Origin: Takakia lepidozioides | Taxonomy: Eukaryota; Plantae; Bryophyta | Direction of reading: 5' to 3' | DNA length: 64,000 nt | Assembly: GCA_030704615.1 (NCBI GenBank) | Contig: CM060732.1 | Span: 75,516,001 to 75,580,000 of the forward strand | Shown here: piece after piece, positions 12,620 to 26,100 of the stretch | Layout of the letters: each line of letters begins with the position of its first letter | Position numbering within the stretch: position 1 is the stretch's first letter | Translations under genes and position numbers: made by a program | The notes under the pieces: model-generated | What the model was told of the DNA's origin: nothing | The model's input: the letters and a program-made list of their open reading frames with translations, nothing else | Database searches by the model: none

Positions 12620-15600
12620 TTGACGTATAGCTCGGGCTTAGTTGGATATCGTTGATGAAACTCTTGGACTTTGTTAGATGCATTGGCGAGGATGGATGAA
12701 GGTTCTTACGTTCGTTCGCTGATGTCATAGCCTTTCCAATGTACGAAATACTCAAGACGTTTATACTTGATGCGAAGTCTAGGACTTCGTCGACTTCATA
12801 CTCAATTTCCTGATTGACTTCGACTGGTGGAGGTGGTATGGAGACTCTCCCTGGAATATTCGATGGATGATACAACTCCAATAATGAAACATGAAAGACT
12901 GGATGGATGCGCATACTTCGTGGGAGTTCAAGCCGAAACTGACCGATTTATTTGTCAAATAATTTTGAATGGTCCCAGGCGTTGATAATCTAACTTCTTT
13001 GATGGTCGCGAGGTTTGTATATCTCGTCGAAGAAGCCACACACGATCTCCGACCTTGAACTGGGGTTGGAGTTGACGATGTTTATCTGCATACTCCTTGT
13101 ATTGTTTTTGAGCTTCTGCGAGGTGGGATGTAAGCTCCTTGTGAATCGTAGCAAGATGAGTAGCAAGGTTTTCTGCAGTAAGGCTTCCAACAGTCTTCAT
13201 GTGGAAAGGGTTTGCTCGAGGATGACAACCATAATTGAAGAAAAATGAAGTTTGTTTGGTCGAAGAATGTATAGTGTTGTTGTAGGCAAACTCAGCCAAT
13301 GACAGAAGGTCCGTCCAATTATTTTGGTGATAATTTATCGTACAGCGAAGATACTGCTCCAAAATCTGGTTTACACGTTCGGTTTGACCATCAGTCTGTG
13401 GATGATTAGCTGTAGAGAGGTTGATCTTAGTATCCAATATATGAAATAATCCCCTCTAGAAATTTGATATGAACTGTGGTCCTCGATCAGATACGATGTC
13501 CTTCGGGAGTCCATGAATATGGTAGATATTATTGAGGAAGAGTCTTGCACTTTCCTCGCCGGTAACCGTCTTATTACATGGAATGAAATGTGTCATCTTC
13601 GTAAAACGATCTACAATAACAAGGATTGAATCGGTGGTCTTGGAAATTGGAAGGTCCGTAATAAAGTCCATAGATACGGACGACCATGGGCCCTCGGGAA
13701 TGGATAATGGTTAAAGAATGTCGTAAGGTATTTCGTGGTCCCTTCGCTCTAGCACACGTGTCACAAGATTTTATAAATTCTTTCACGAGTTTCCACATCT
13801 GCGGCCACCAATAGTCCCTGGATATCAATTCCAATGTTTTGTTGAAGCCGAAATGTCCTATAGTCGGAAGATCATGACATGTTTGAAGAATTCGAAGTCG
13901 TGTAGGTCCTGGAGGTACATAGAGAAGTTCCTTGAAGTAAAGTAAGCCATTTTTGAATTCGAAGTCGTTTGTAACATGTGGGTTGTCTCGAGGTTGATTT
14001 AGTTGACTTCGTAGTGTCATAGTAAAATGGTCGCTCTTCAGTGCTTCCTGAATCTCCTTTATGATCTCTGCATCGTCATAGGTGGACATGGATAGCATAT
14101 TCAATTGGAGATTTGCTGGTTTCAAGATAATGGATTTTTGTTGGTCAAAAACTGCATCCCCTTCTTTTGGCGCAAGATACGATCGTCGAAAAAGAGCATC
14201 TGGTTTTCTTTGAAGATGTCCGGGATGGTAGGTAATAACAAAATCAAACCTTGCTAGTGACATACTCCATCTCGCTTGACGTCGATTCAAAGCACGAGCA
14301 CTCATAAAATATTCGAGGTTTTTGTGATCGGTATAGACAGTGACCTGATGTTTAGCCCCCTCCAATAGATGTCGCCACTCCTCAAAAGCATCGATAATCG
14401 ATAGAAGTTCTTTGTCATGGATTTCATAATTGATCTCCGCAGCGGAAAATTTGCGAGAACAAAAACCAACAGGATGAAGTCGGCCATCTGTACCGTATTG
14501 AGAGAGTACCGCGCCAAGTGCAAAGTCCGATGCATCTGCTTCTAAGAAGAATGATTTAGATGGGTCTGCATGTACCAGTATTGGAGCCGTTATAAATGTC
14601 TGCTTCAGCCTTTCAAATGCCTGGTCAGCCTTCTCATCCCATACAAATTTGTCTTTCCCTGTGAGTCGTGTCAATGGTGCAGCAATTTTGGAATAGTCAT
14701 TGATGAAGATTCGATAGAAATTTGCAAAGCCCAGAAAATATTGTACATCTCGGACCGAAGTTGGTTTAATCCACTCGATGATGGTTTGTATTTTCTTCTG
14801 ATCCATAAAGACGCATTTGTCGGAAATAATGTAGCCCAGAAATTCGACCTCAGATTGATGGAAAAGACATTTCTCCAACTTGGCATATAGTCATATTTCT
14901 CTTAATTTATCAAGGACAAGGCGTACATGGCGGCCATGTTCTTCTTCATTATGTGAAAATACCAAAATGTCGTCCAAATAAATGACTACAAAGTCATCTA
15001 CAAATTCTCGAAAGATGTCATTCATCATATGTTGGAAAATTGCTGGAGCATTGGTAAGACCGAAAGGCATAACACTGTATTCAAAATGTCCATACCTTGT
15101 TCGAAAAGCTGTTTTCCATTCGTCTCCTTCTTTTATCCGTACAAGGTTATAGGTTCATCTCAAGTCGATTTTGGTGAAAATCTTCGCTCGTCCCAGCTGG
15201 TCGAAAAGCCCAGAAATCAGCGGCAACAGATAACGATTCTTGATTGTGATTTTGTTGAGACCGCGATAGTCGATACACATGCGTAATGATCCGTCCTTCT
15301 TTTTCACAAACAATGTAGGCGCCCCCGCGGATGATTTTGAATGTCGGATGAAGTGCTTTGACAAATTTTCATCAATGTATTCACGTAATGCAGCCAACTC
15401 CGTCTGGGATAAGTTATAGATTGGGCCGAATGGTGATTGGGGTCCTTCTTGTAACTCAATTGCACAGTCATAAGATTGATGTTCTGGCAACATGTCTACA
15501 TTTTTCTTCTCGAAGACATATTTGAAATCTTGATATTGAGCGGGTAATGTTGAAGTACCTTTGTCTGTTGTGGTCTTGATCGGAGTCGCATAAAGTGCAA

Positions 15601-16060
15601 ATGCCGCCTCCTTTTTGGTAGCTCTCATGAAAGCTCTAGCTCCAAGGAATAGGGGTTGAATACCTTTGATATTTCTACATTTTTGTCTTGAAGAAATTTT
15701 TCGCGATCGCCAGTCGATGTCGGGATGGTGAAGTACGAACCAGGGAAGTCCAAGGATCACAGGATCCGTTGGAAACTGGATGACATTGAAAACAATATGT
15801 GATGTTTGATCTTTAAGCTTCACTTCAAGTGGTCGAGTTTCATGGTCCACATTTCTTGATGCTAACGGTTGTCCATCGATGATTTCAACGGGGGTCGATA
15901 GTTTCTTCTTTACGAGCGTTAAATTGTATTGTTTCGCAAAGTTTTTGTCCATAAAACAAGCTGAAGCTCATGAGTCTAAAAGTGCTTCTACAGCGATATC
16001 TCGATTTTCTATTCTGATTTTTACCGGAACTGTGAAGCAAGGTGCATGATCTGGAGGTAG
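12620..16060 (-). pseudogene. Gypsy B pol (PR-RT-RH-IN-chromodomain), frameshifted
   Basis: ORFs 15155..15952, 13574..14878, 13456..13671, 12955..13437, 12543..12914; ALLDS protease motif; YLDD near 14970. Confidence 0.9.
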
Positions 16061-16119
16061 AAAGAGACATTTTTTCGATAAGGAATTTGTGGTGTCCAGC
16101 CGCATGGTCCCTACTGTGA

Positions 16120-17152
16120 CTAGACATCTTCGTTTTCCGACCTCCACATATCGAACACTTGAGTTGTGCCCCGAGCTTTGAATCTTATATTGTTGGGGCA
16201 GTTTAATGCTATGTGATCTTCTTCTCCGCAATAGAGGCATAATCCATTCGAGCACCGTCTTTGTTTTTCTTGTGGCGTCAATGGCTTGAATCGGACAGCA
16301 TCAATTTGCATAAGATCACTACTGGATGTCTAATGGATCGTTGTCTTTGGTGTCGTAGTAGCAGTGGCATGATGCGTCGTCGACCATCCAGATCGCTTCT
16401 CTTGATGTCTTTCGAATAAACGATTATCGCATGCAATGACTTGGGTGATGAATTCACTTAGTGTGCTCACGTTTGGCATTGTCAACAACAAATCTTTTAC
16501 ATCATCTTTTAGTCCACATCGAAACTGACTAATGAGGCTCTTCTCATTCCAGTCGAGGTCGTACGCAAGTTGTCGAAATTCGGCAGCATAAACGGAAGCA
16601 GGACGTGCTCCTTGTGGAAGATTTCGCATATTTGTTTCTGCAACTCTCTCTCTATCATTCTCTCCAAACGTTGCAGTGAACTCGGACATGAATGCTTCAA
16701 AATTATATAGTAAATGCGAATTTTTTTTCCAATAGCGGTGCAAACCAAGATAGGGCAGTGCCTAATAGAAGGGTGCCCACGAATCCCACTTGAATACCTT
16801 TATCGGGGTAGCATTGTGGATGTAGTCGTAGGAATAGTCGTACTTGTTGAACAAAACCGCAAAATCTTGATCTCGTCCCATCAAATTTCTCGGGTATGCT
16901 GATCTTTGGTTCTCTCGTAATCTATTGAAGATAAACCGTTGCAGTAGGAGTTGTTGCAGTAAGGACTCATATGGTTGAAGATCCATTGTTCGACTTCTTT
17001 AACTCTGAAATTTGTTATTGTAAATTGTGGAGAGCGTTGCCAAGATCTTGAGACTTATCAGCTTGCAATTGGGCGGTAGATGTATGAAGTTCTTGCATCT
17101 TGAGCTGAAGACTTTGCAATGTGGTGACCATTTCCGCAAATGTGCCTTCCAT
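16120..17152 (-). pseudogene. Gypsy B gag, frameshifted
   Basis: YAAEFRQLAYDLDWNEKSLISQFRCGLKDDVKD; MQIDAVRFKPLTPQEKQRR...CLYCGEEDHIALNCP zinc knuckle. Confidence 0.88.
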
Positions 17153-17177
17153 CTTAACTAACTAAAGAACAAACTTT

Positions 17178-17188
17178 AGTCTCGCCAA
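17178..17188 (-). promoter_or_regulatory. Gypsy B primer-binding site TTGGCGAGACT, candidate self-priming type
   Basis: 2 nt from the 5' LTR; 10/11 complementary to LTR 17470-17480 read on the minus strand (AGCCTCGCCAA). Confidence 0.7.
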
Positions 17189-17832
17189 ACTGTCAAGGAC
17201 GAGAACATGACTGAATACAAACAAGAGATAAAACTTGAGGTACAAGGCTAAACAAGAAGTCAAGGTCGGCGTGGCCGAATGCACGATGAGTAAATAAGAA
17301 TCAAGACGATCTTTATAACAATGAACAAGAGTACAAGATATTGAAACACGACTTGAATACTGGAATGCTGGAAACTGGACTGGAGTACCAGATACTGGAA
17401 ACTAGACTAGAGTACTGGGAACTGGACTAGAGTATTGGGAATTGGAAACAAGAGTAGCTTGAACTGGTGTTGGCGAGGCTGAAGAGTGTCCAGTCTCGCC
17501 TCCTATATATACTAGCTACTAAGAAGCTTCCCCTATGGAGGTTTCTTGCTGAAGAAGTTTCCAAGATTAAACAAAGGTTTCTTGATGGAAAAGCTTCCTT
17601 AAACAAATGAGGTATCTTGATGGAGAAGTTTCCTCCAAATGAAGCTTTCTAAGTAGTTTCCCAAGTTACTCTTGATAATTTGGTAAACTCCCGGTAACTT
17701 AGTAAGTAATGGTAAATCATAGTAGATCATGGTAAAACATGATAAGTCATGGTAATTTCCGATAACATGGTAACTTGGTAACTTTTGGTATTTACTCCTG
17801 GTAAGTTCTTCTGGGCTGTCCGTGACACAAGG

Positions 17833-20800
17833 TAGACAACTACTCTTGTGAGTTGTATCAGGAAACAGACGCCTTGCGTAAAGAAAGTCAGTTAATGTTC
17901 GTGAATGGGACAATTTCGGGAACTAACGTGTCGTTGTTGGTGGACACAGGAGCGTCGCACTCCTTCATGACACCGGCAACGGCACGAAAGTTGGGGCTTT
18001 CGACAAATGACGTGGGGGCCTCTATTGAAGTGCGTTCTGCCAAAAGAGAACCACAACCGGCGACGAGGTTGGCGTTCGATGTTCCTTTTCAGCTGGGGAG
18101 TTGGGAGGGACGTGAGAACTTTACCATTTGCGAGATCGATGGAGTGGATCTCATTTTGGGGATGACCTTTTTGAGCAAAGTCAGAGCGGTCATAGATGGC
18201 CGCAGTAATCACGCTACCGTGTGGGAATGGTGGCGAAGTTTTAAAAGTGTCAGAAATGCCCAACCTAGTGGGAGGTCAAATAAACCTGCTGTCAGCAAAG
18301 GAGTGGGCCGTGGAGGAGCCACACGAGCCCCAGTTTTTGCTTTACGTAAGACAAGTGAAGGGAGAAGGTGATAGAGAGCTGAGCCCAGATTGGATCAAGG
18401 GGATTTTGGAGAAATACCAGGATGTGATGCCGGAGGATTTACCAAGCGGCTTGCCACCGCGAAGAGGAGTTGGCCACAAGATTGAGGTGATACCGAGATC
18501 GGAGCTACCTGCCAAGGAGGCCTACCGGTTGAGCCACAAAGAGTTGGTCGAGCTGAAGGCTCAGCTCAAGGATCTAATGTCAAAGGGGTACATCCGGCCG
18601 AGTACGTCACCCTACGGAGCCCCGGTGCTATTCGCAGACAAGAAGGATGGGATGTTGCGGATGTGTGTCAATTATAGGGCTCTGAATAATGTGACTATCA
18701 AGAACCAGTACCCTTTGCCAAGGATCGACGACCTCTTCGATCGGTTGGCAGGAGTGAAGTATTCCAGCCGGATCGATTTGCGCTCTGGCTACCATCAAAT
18801 CCGAGTGGCGGAAGGAGATGAGGAGAAGACCGCGTGCAGGACAAGATATGGTTCATATGAGTTCTTGGTGATGCCTTTTGGGCTCTCCAACGCACCCGCG
18901 ACCTTTAGCACACTAATGAATAATTTTTTCCAAGAGTGGTTGGATGACTTTGTGATCGTGTACATCGACGACATCTTGGTATATTCGAAAACAAATGAAA
19001 AGCACCTAGAGCACCTCAAAAGGGTGTTCCAGAAAATGTAGGAAGGGAAGCTGTATGCCAAAGCTTCAAAGTGTGAATTCGAGGTCACAAAAGTGGAGTT
19101 CTTGGGGTATGTGATTACACATGATGGGATCAAAATGGATACCAAAAAGGTGAGGGTGATCTTGGACTGGGAGTCTCCGACTTCGGTCCCGGGAGTGCGA
19201 TCATTCCTAGGACTCGCCTCACTATAGGAAAAAAGGGGGGGGGGGGGGGGGGGGTCGACGCCGCGGCGTCGTAAAACAACCCTTTTCGCGTGGAGGAAAA
19301 AACCAAATTTGCGACGCTCAGGCGTCGCAAGCCCGTCGCCAAAAAAACGTTGCAAATTTACGACCAATGGGGGTCGCAAATATGCGAAACCACGATTTGC
19401 GACGCCGACGCGATTTGCATCGCCCGGGCGTTGGACAAAAAAATAAAAAAAACCCTACTCTGCAATGCAAATTTAGCACCGTCTGGGGGTTGCAAAGTGC
19501 GACGCCCGGACGTCACAATTTAAGGGGGTACATTTGAATTTAGGCGGGAAAATTTGAATTTGATTTTTGAATTTCAAAAACTTGTTGACCATTGACTCCG
19601 ACGTTGACCATTGACTCCGGTTCTGTCTAATGGCGATATATTCATTGTTCTACATATATCATGTAACGCATACTTGAACCTAAGATCTCCACGTTATAAC
19701 ATTTCTAAGACACAACAAATTAACCAACACACCTACGCTACATCTATGTATCACAAAAACAATATATATATATATATAAAGATTTCCTTCAAGTTCCTTC
19801 TAAGGGGGTCTCTCTTGTGACGCCAGGGAGTTGCAACCTCCACAGCCTTAGTGCCCAACCCCAGCCCCAGCATCGTCGCCGTTGTTGTACCCGCCCACCG
19901 CTAGGCGCCCCAAGCGACGTCCTTGTGTGGACCTAAGCTGACCACAACACCATTGCGACCCCCTGTGGCGACGCCGTTGCGACCCCCTAACGGCGCAACG
20001 TTGGGCGTCCCAGCGCGGGGCGCCCCCAGCGACGCTTTAGTGACGCCTAGGGGTCGCAACGTCCAAAAATATTATTAAATAAAATAAAATCTTAGATTTC
20101 CAACGCCGGGGTGTCGCAAAAAAAAAATCCGTCGCAGCGAGGGTCATCTTTCCCCCTTCATGCCACCTTACGACGGCTGGGCGTCGTAATGGTGTCGCAG
20201 CGGGGGATTGCGACGCCAGGGTGTCGCAAAGAAAACGTCGCGTGCTCAGCGCAGCGCGAGGCGTGGGGGCGCGGTCGGCGTCGCAAACCCCCCCCCCCAT
20301 TTGCTGTAGTGTCTCCTATTACCGAAAGTATGTGAGAAATTTTGCCAAGATTGCGGGGCCGCTGTCAGACCTTCTGTGTAAAGCCAAAGTCTGGGTATGG
20401 AACACCTTTTGTGGCCAAGCTTTTGCCGAGTTGAAGCCGTGGATGGCGGAAGCTTCAGTCCTCAAAATCTCGGAGTTCGACCGTCCATTTGAGATTCATA
20501 CGGATGCGTCGGACTTCGCAATTGGGGATGTGCTCATGCAGGATGGACGTCCAGTGACTTACGAAAGTAAGAAACTGAATAAAGTGGCGCGAAGGTGGCC
20601 TATGCACGAGAAAGAAATGAAGGGGGTGGTGCATTGCCTTGAGCTTTGGCTCCACTATGTTGGTTCCAACCCGGTGAAGGTGTTCATTTACAATGTCACG
20701 GTGAAGTATTTTGCCATGCAGCCTAAGTTGTCTCCAAAACAACTGAGGTTGCAAGACATTTTGGCGGTGTTCGACGTGGATATCCAGTACAAACTGGGAC

Positions 20801-21931
20801 GGGACAATGTGGTGGCCGATGCTTTAAGTAGAAAACAACAGCTCATGTTGGTGTACAGGGGCGAGACGGCGCTCCAAAGGAAGGCTTACCGGAAGGATGA
20901 GATGGCGAAGTCCGTGATGCGGGACTTGAGGATGGGGGTTAAATCGCAGTTTTTCTTGCACAATGGACTGCTTCGGTACAAGCAAAAGCGCCTCTACGTG
21001 CCGAAGGGAGGGATCAGAGATAGTCTCCTGAGAGAATGCCATGATGACCCGCTTGCGGGCCCTGGCAGAGCCAAGCGCACCGCGGCACTATTGAAGAAAG
21101 AGTATTTCTGGCCCAAGCTGAGGGAGGAGGCCGAGGGGTATGTCAAGACATGCACCACATGCCAACAAAACCGGAGCGAGTACAAAAAGCAAACGAGGCT
21201 GTTACAACCCTTACCGATTCTAGAGGGGTCTTCGGAAAGTGTCTCGATGGATTTCATAACTGCTATGCCGCTGTCAAAAGGCGACGCAATCATGGTGGTG
21301 GTGGATAGGTTCAGTAAAATGGGTCATTTCATTCCCACCAAGGAGACGGCAACGACGCAGAAGACAGGGCGACTTTACTTTGCCCACGTCTTCAAGCATC
21401 ATGGACTCCCGATGGATATTGTCTCGGACCGCGATCCAAAGTTTACAAGTAAATTTTGGCGGGCACTTTCGAAGAAAATGGGGACGAGGCTCAAGATGAG
21501 CACCGCCTTCCAACCTACGACGGACGGCCAAATGGAAAGGGTAAATTCCGTGGTGAAGCAGATCTTGCGGAATTACGTGTTGGCAGACCAATCAGACTGG
21601 GTAGAGCACTTGGATGCGGCAAAGTTATGTTATAATAACACAAAACACTCCGCAACGGGAGTTTCCCCTTTTGTTTTGGTCTATGAAAAAGCACCTCTGG
21701 TGCCGACAAGTTGGGTCGCCCAAGACGTTGAGGAACCGGCAGCAGCAGCGGTGCTGGAAGAACGCGAGCGTTTGTTGAAGCTCGAAAAGTATAACATTGC
21801 CAAAGCTAGAAAACGGTATGAACGGCAGGCGAATCGGAAGCTCAGGGAAGTTAAGTTTGAGGCAGGCATGGAGGTGTGGTTGAACATCAAGAATTTCCGA
21901 CTACCTCCGAAAGTGAGTCCGAAGTTCGTAC
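17833..21931 (+). pseudogene. Gypsy A pol (PR, RT, RNase H, integrase), split by a CACTA at 19220-20311
   Basis: LLVDTGASHSF; RT 18196..19041 with YIDD; IHTDASDFAIG; IN SMDFI, IVSDRDPKF, QPTTDGQMERVN. Confidence 0.92.
19220..20311. mobile_element. Non-autonomous CACTA (En/Spm) element, 1092 bp
   Basis: CACTATAGG...GCTGTAGTG termini; 3-bp TSD CCT/TCT; removal restores gypsy GLASYYR; dense GCGACGCC/GTCGCAA subterminal repeats. Confidence 0.9.
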
Positions 21932-24900
21932 CACTACAACAGATCGTGGTATATCTGACTGTCGAGCCATGGTAATCATGGTTTTTTTTATTTTGACCAT
22001 GACTTCCCTGTATTGTTGGACCAAATGGGGCTTCACGTAGTCGTTGAAATGACTACGTGACGTCCTTTGGGTGACTACTTTGGTAGATGTCGTCATGACT
22101 GCATGGCTCCGCACTAGACGGATGGTTGGTCAACGATGGTTGGCCAACGCGAGCTCACCACCAAATAGTCGTCGGAATGACTTCTAGTGCAAGCCTGGTA
22201 GCCAAAAGGTTTTTTTTTTTTTTTAAGTTGTTTATAGGGTTGCCCATGAGAGGGCTTGGACTTAGTTTTCTTTTTCTTTTTCTCCTGCGCGGTTTCTTAG
22301 TATCGAGCTGTTGTGTTGTGTCATGGACCTGTCATGGAACGCGATGATCGCAGGATAGGGGCGTGGGATGGAGGCTTTGCTATTCTTGAGCTACTGATGC
22401 ATGAAGGGGCGAAGCGCATCCTGCACCGCAACCGCAATGGGCTCTTGGCTCCTGTTAGTACCATGATTTGGTATTCTTCCTGATGTTTACAAGGTTCTTG
22501 GGAGAGATAGCTTGGTCTTAGCAGTCCGTGTTTCAATCGACGCCGCTCCTAGCTACACCATGGTGGTTCTCACAAACCAATCCGACATTACTGACTACAG
22601 ACTCAAGCAACACACACAAGAGGTCCTATTGTATTCATGGTCAGTCAAATCCTCCATGGGCCATGAGACAAGGTCAAGGACAATGTGGTGAGGGCACCTT
22701 CTTCTTCGATCTATTTCAGCCTGTTTTGACCTCACATGAAACTCGGCCCTATTTCTACACGATGGTGGGACAACCGCAATCACAAGGTGTGGCTTTTTCT
22801 TAATATACCATGTAAAGTTCTAAGTTAGTCCATCCTGCAAATGTGGGCTCTTGGCTCATGTTATGATTTGGTATTCTTCCTAATGTTTACAAGGTTCTTG
22901 GGAGAGTCAGCTTGGTCTTAGCAAGCCGCGTTTCAATCTCTGTTGTGGAAGTCGCAGCAACAACGGCATAATTGATAAATCAGGCACAACTACTCAAGGC
23001 ACCTTCTTCAACACATTTCACCCTGTTTTCCCCTCTTATCAGAATCGGCCCTAAATTGATGAGGGCACATTTTTCTTCAACCTATTTTCAGTCTGTTTTG
23101 CCCTCTCATCATTAGGGTTGGGGTGTTTGTTGGAAGAGGGGCGGATTTCAAGCACAAGATTACCTATGATTCCCTGTGGATCCATTGCTACAAGAAACCT
23201 GCATGGGTAGATGGTGAACTGGAAGCCGCAGCAGCAGCGGCACAATTGATAAAATTAGGCACTGCTAATGAAGACAACCTTCTTCAACACATTTCACCCT
23301 GTTTTTCCCTCTTATCAAAATTGGCCCTAAATTTTCATGTTAAATTTCTATAAGTTATTGGTTGAGTGAACCTTTGATAGTTTGCGATGCGTGTGCAAGC
23401 CTGGCAACTCTGGAGAAGGGCAAAGAGGTCCATGGCGACATTGTCGGAGCTGCAATTGTACCACATGTCATTCTGAACAATACCCTCGTGGACATGTATG
23501 AAGGGAGTGTTTGACAGTATGGCTGAACAAGATGTGGGTGTTGTGGAGTGCGATGATTGCAGAATATGCACAACGAGGGCGTGGGATAGAGACTTTTGAG
23601 AACTATGAGCATTAAATGATGTGCAAAGAGGAGAATCCCAACCACATCACATTTGTTTGTGTTTGCAATGCATGTGCAAGCCTGGGAGCTCTGGGAAAGG
23701 GGAACGAGGTCCATGGTGATCACATCGTCAAAGGTGGAATTGTACCAGATACCATCCCGAACACTGCCCCGGATGACATGTTTGTCAAATGTGGGTGCAT
23801 TCAGGATGCGAAGGGAGTTTTCCACACTCTGGCTGAACGAGATGGGGTGTCATGGTACGTGGGGGGAACGAGATGTGGTGTCGTGGAACGCCATGCACAA
23901 CAGGGTATGCACAGCAGGGGCGCGGGATGGAGGCTTTGGAGACCTATGAGCAAATGATTGGGGAAGGGTGAAGCCCGACCACATCAGGTTTGTGTGCGCG
24001 TGTAAAAGTCTGACAGCCCTGGAAAAGGGCAAAGAGGTGCATGGTTGCATCGCCAAAGCTAGAATTGTACCAGATGTGATTCCATATGGATCAATAGCTA
24101 CAAGAAACGTGCATGGTAGATGGTCAACTAAAGGTTGCAGCTGCAGCGGCACAGTTTATAAAACCAGGCACCTCAATCATGACCACAGCTTCTGAAAGAG
24201 GATCAAGAGAGGGAGTCCACAATGCCTCTTCTGGCACTTCTGGGCATGTGAAGATGCTTTGCGGCAGGCAGATTGACAGACTTTAAACCAATGAGGCATT
24301 TCAGCAGATTCAGGTACGTGTGTCTGTCCCTTGCTTAAGTGCATCAAGATGGAAGGTCTGGACGCTGGAAATCAGGTACACACTTACATTATCCAAAGTA
24401 GATGCACGCCAAATGTTTTTCTACTCAACACCCTTGTCTCCATGTATGTTAAGTGCGGGAGCATCATGGATGCTCACCAAGTGTTCAACAGAATGCCTCA
24501 ACGAACTTTGATCATGTGGAATATAATGTTGGCAGGAGTTACCAAGCATGGGTGTGGTAGGAATGCTTTGGAGACCTATGAGCAACTGCTGCGCGAAGGG
24601 GTGAAGCCCAACCACATCATGTTTGTTTGTGTTTGCAATGCGTGTGCAAGCTTGGGAGCTCTGGAAAAGGGGAAAGAGGTCCATGGTGACATCGTCAAAG
24701 CTGGAATTGTACCAGATGCCATTCTGAACACTGCCCTGGTGGACATGTATGGACTTCAAGCTCCTATGATTCCCTGTGGATCAATAGCTACTAGCAACCT
24801 GCATGGATAGATGGTCAACTGGAAGCTGAAGCTGCAGCAGTAGCGGTGGAATTGACAAATCAGGCACTGCTAATGAAGGCACCTTCTTCAACACATTTCA

Positions 24901-25726
24901 CCCTGTTTTTCTTTCTTATCATAATCGACCCCAAGTTTCCATGTTGAATTCTGCATGTTAGTTGGTTGAGTGAACCTTTGATAGTTTGGAGTGACTTTGA
25001 CATGATACTGCCAATGTGACAACAGGAAAGTATCCAGAAACAGGTAACAGAGATGAGGAGAAGCTGTGGAATGAATACTTTACTTACCCAGTCAATGTGG
25101 GACAATCGAGGCAAGAAGGTGAATGTCTGTCTGATTATAGATAGTAGCAGATGCAATTGAGCATAGGAACTAGTATGATAAGTTGAGTTGGGTGTTTCCT
25201 AGAACAAATCTAAGCTGTCATCATCAGCTGCTAGCAGCAAGGCAAGGATGTATGCATGATTTGTGCAGAGGCATAGATAGCTGAAGGAGCAGGGATAGAG
25301 TGTGGGTCCAGATTCATCCAAGAGGGCCAGAAAGAGGTCCATGGTGACATCGTCAAAGCTGGAATGGTACCGGATGTCATTCTGAACACTGCCCTGGTGG
25401 ACTAGTGTGTAGAATGCATGCTAGCTTACAAAAGTGGGAGAGGTAAATTGGATTAATCGTGTGTTAGCGCAGTGCCAAAATCGGGTGACTCCCATCCAAG
25501 GGGCAAGGAAAAACTTGCGCCTTCTTTGGGAGTTCACGTGCTAGTGCGCACCTGGCGTACTATAACTACACTACCGAAGGGGTTGTCTTGTAGTGCGGAT
25601 TAACGTGGAAGCTACGTGCTTCCGTTCACGTACTATAATCGTGTAACCTCGGGACGAAGTCGTAGTACGGCTTCGGCATGTTCCCGTACCTCAGGCCAGC
25701 ATTCCAAGACGGACCCAATTGTAGTG
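21932..25726. mobile_element. CACTA-started insertion carrying PPR gene fragments (Pack-CACTA candidate); right end uncertain
   Basis: CACTACAAC at 21932, exactly where the integrase breaks (PKFVP|); GTAGTC/GACTAC subterminal motifs; candidate TTGTAGTG ends at 25595 or 25726, neither with the expected TAC TSD. Confidence 0.55.
23370..25405 (+). pseudogene. Several decayed PLS-class pentatricopeptide repeat (PPR) fragments
   Basis: ORF 24331..24810 has P-L-S motifs (NVFLLNTLVSMYVKCGSIMDAHQVFNRM, VKPNHIMFVCVCNACASLGALEKGKEVHGDI); paralogous copies near 23380, 23616, 23968 and 25330. Confidence 0.88.
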
Positions 25727-26100
25727 ATTGGGGCGCACGGTTGGTTCAAGGTTATCTTCCTAGTCAAAAAAAGGTTCAAGGTGAACCCCTGCTCAAGGTG
25801 ATGCCAAAAGCGGCATCATGAGCGATCGCAAGCAAGGTTGTTGCAGTAAGGCGATTCGATCCTCGGGGAGGATCGTTCCTTGGCCTTGAAGTGGGCCAAG
25901 AAGAGTGCACTGGGAAGAGCTTTAGAGGCTCTACCCTTGGCCGGGACTTGGAGGAAGTCAGCCGAACTAGCTAGTGGGGAGTAGAGTCAAGTGGGGGAAC
26001 AAACTCCTTGCAATTGATGTGGGACGCCACAACTTGGATGTTCGTTTCTACAAAATGAACAAGTCGATGAGGATATCGACTCCCTGTTGGTAGTGGTGTG

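Larger units (their letters stand above)
11329..17827 (-). mobile_element. Ty3/gypsy chromovirus, Tcn1/fungal-like (gypsy B), full length but frameshifted
   Basis: LTRs 17191-17827 (5') and 11329-12015 (3'), TG...CA; perfect TSD CAAGG (11324-11328 and 17828-17832); PPT AGAGGAGGAGGTGA at 12016-12029; [47 protein letters not shown], chromodomain EYEVDEVL...WKGY. Confidence 0.93.

Noticed and set aside
20221-20311. N-terminus of the 584-aa ORF as a novel fusion
   Set aside because: Chance read-through from the CACTA end into gypsy RNase H.
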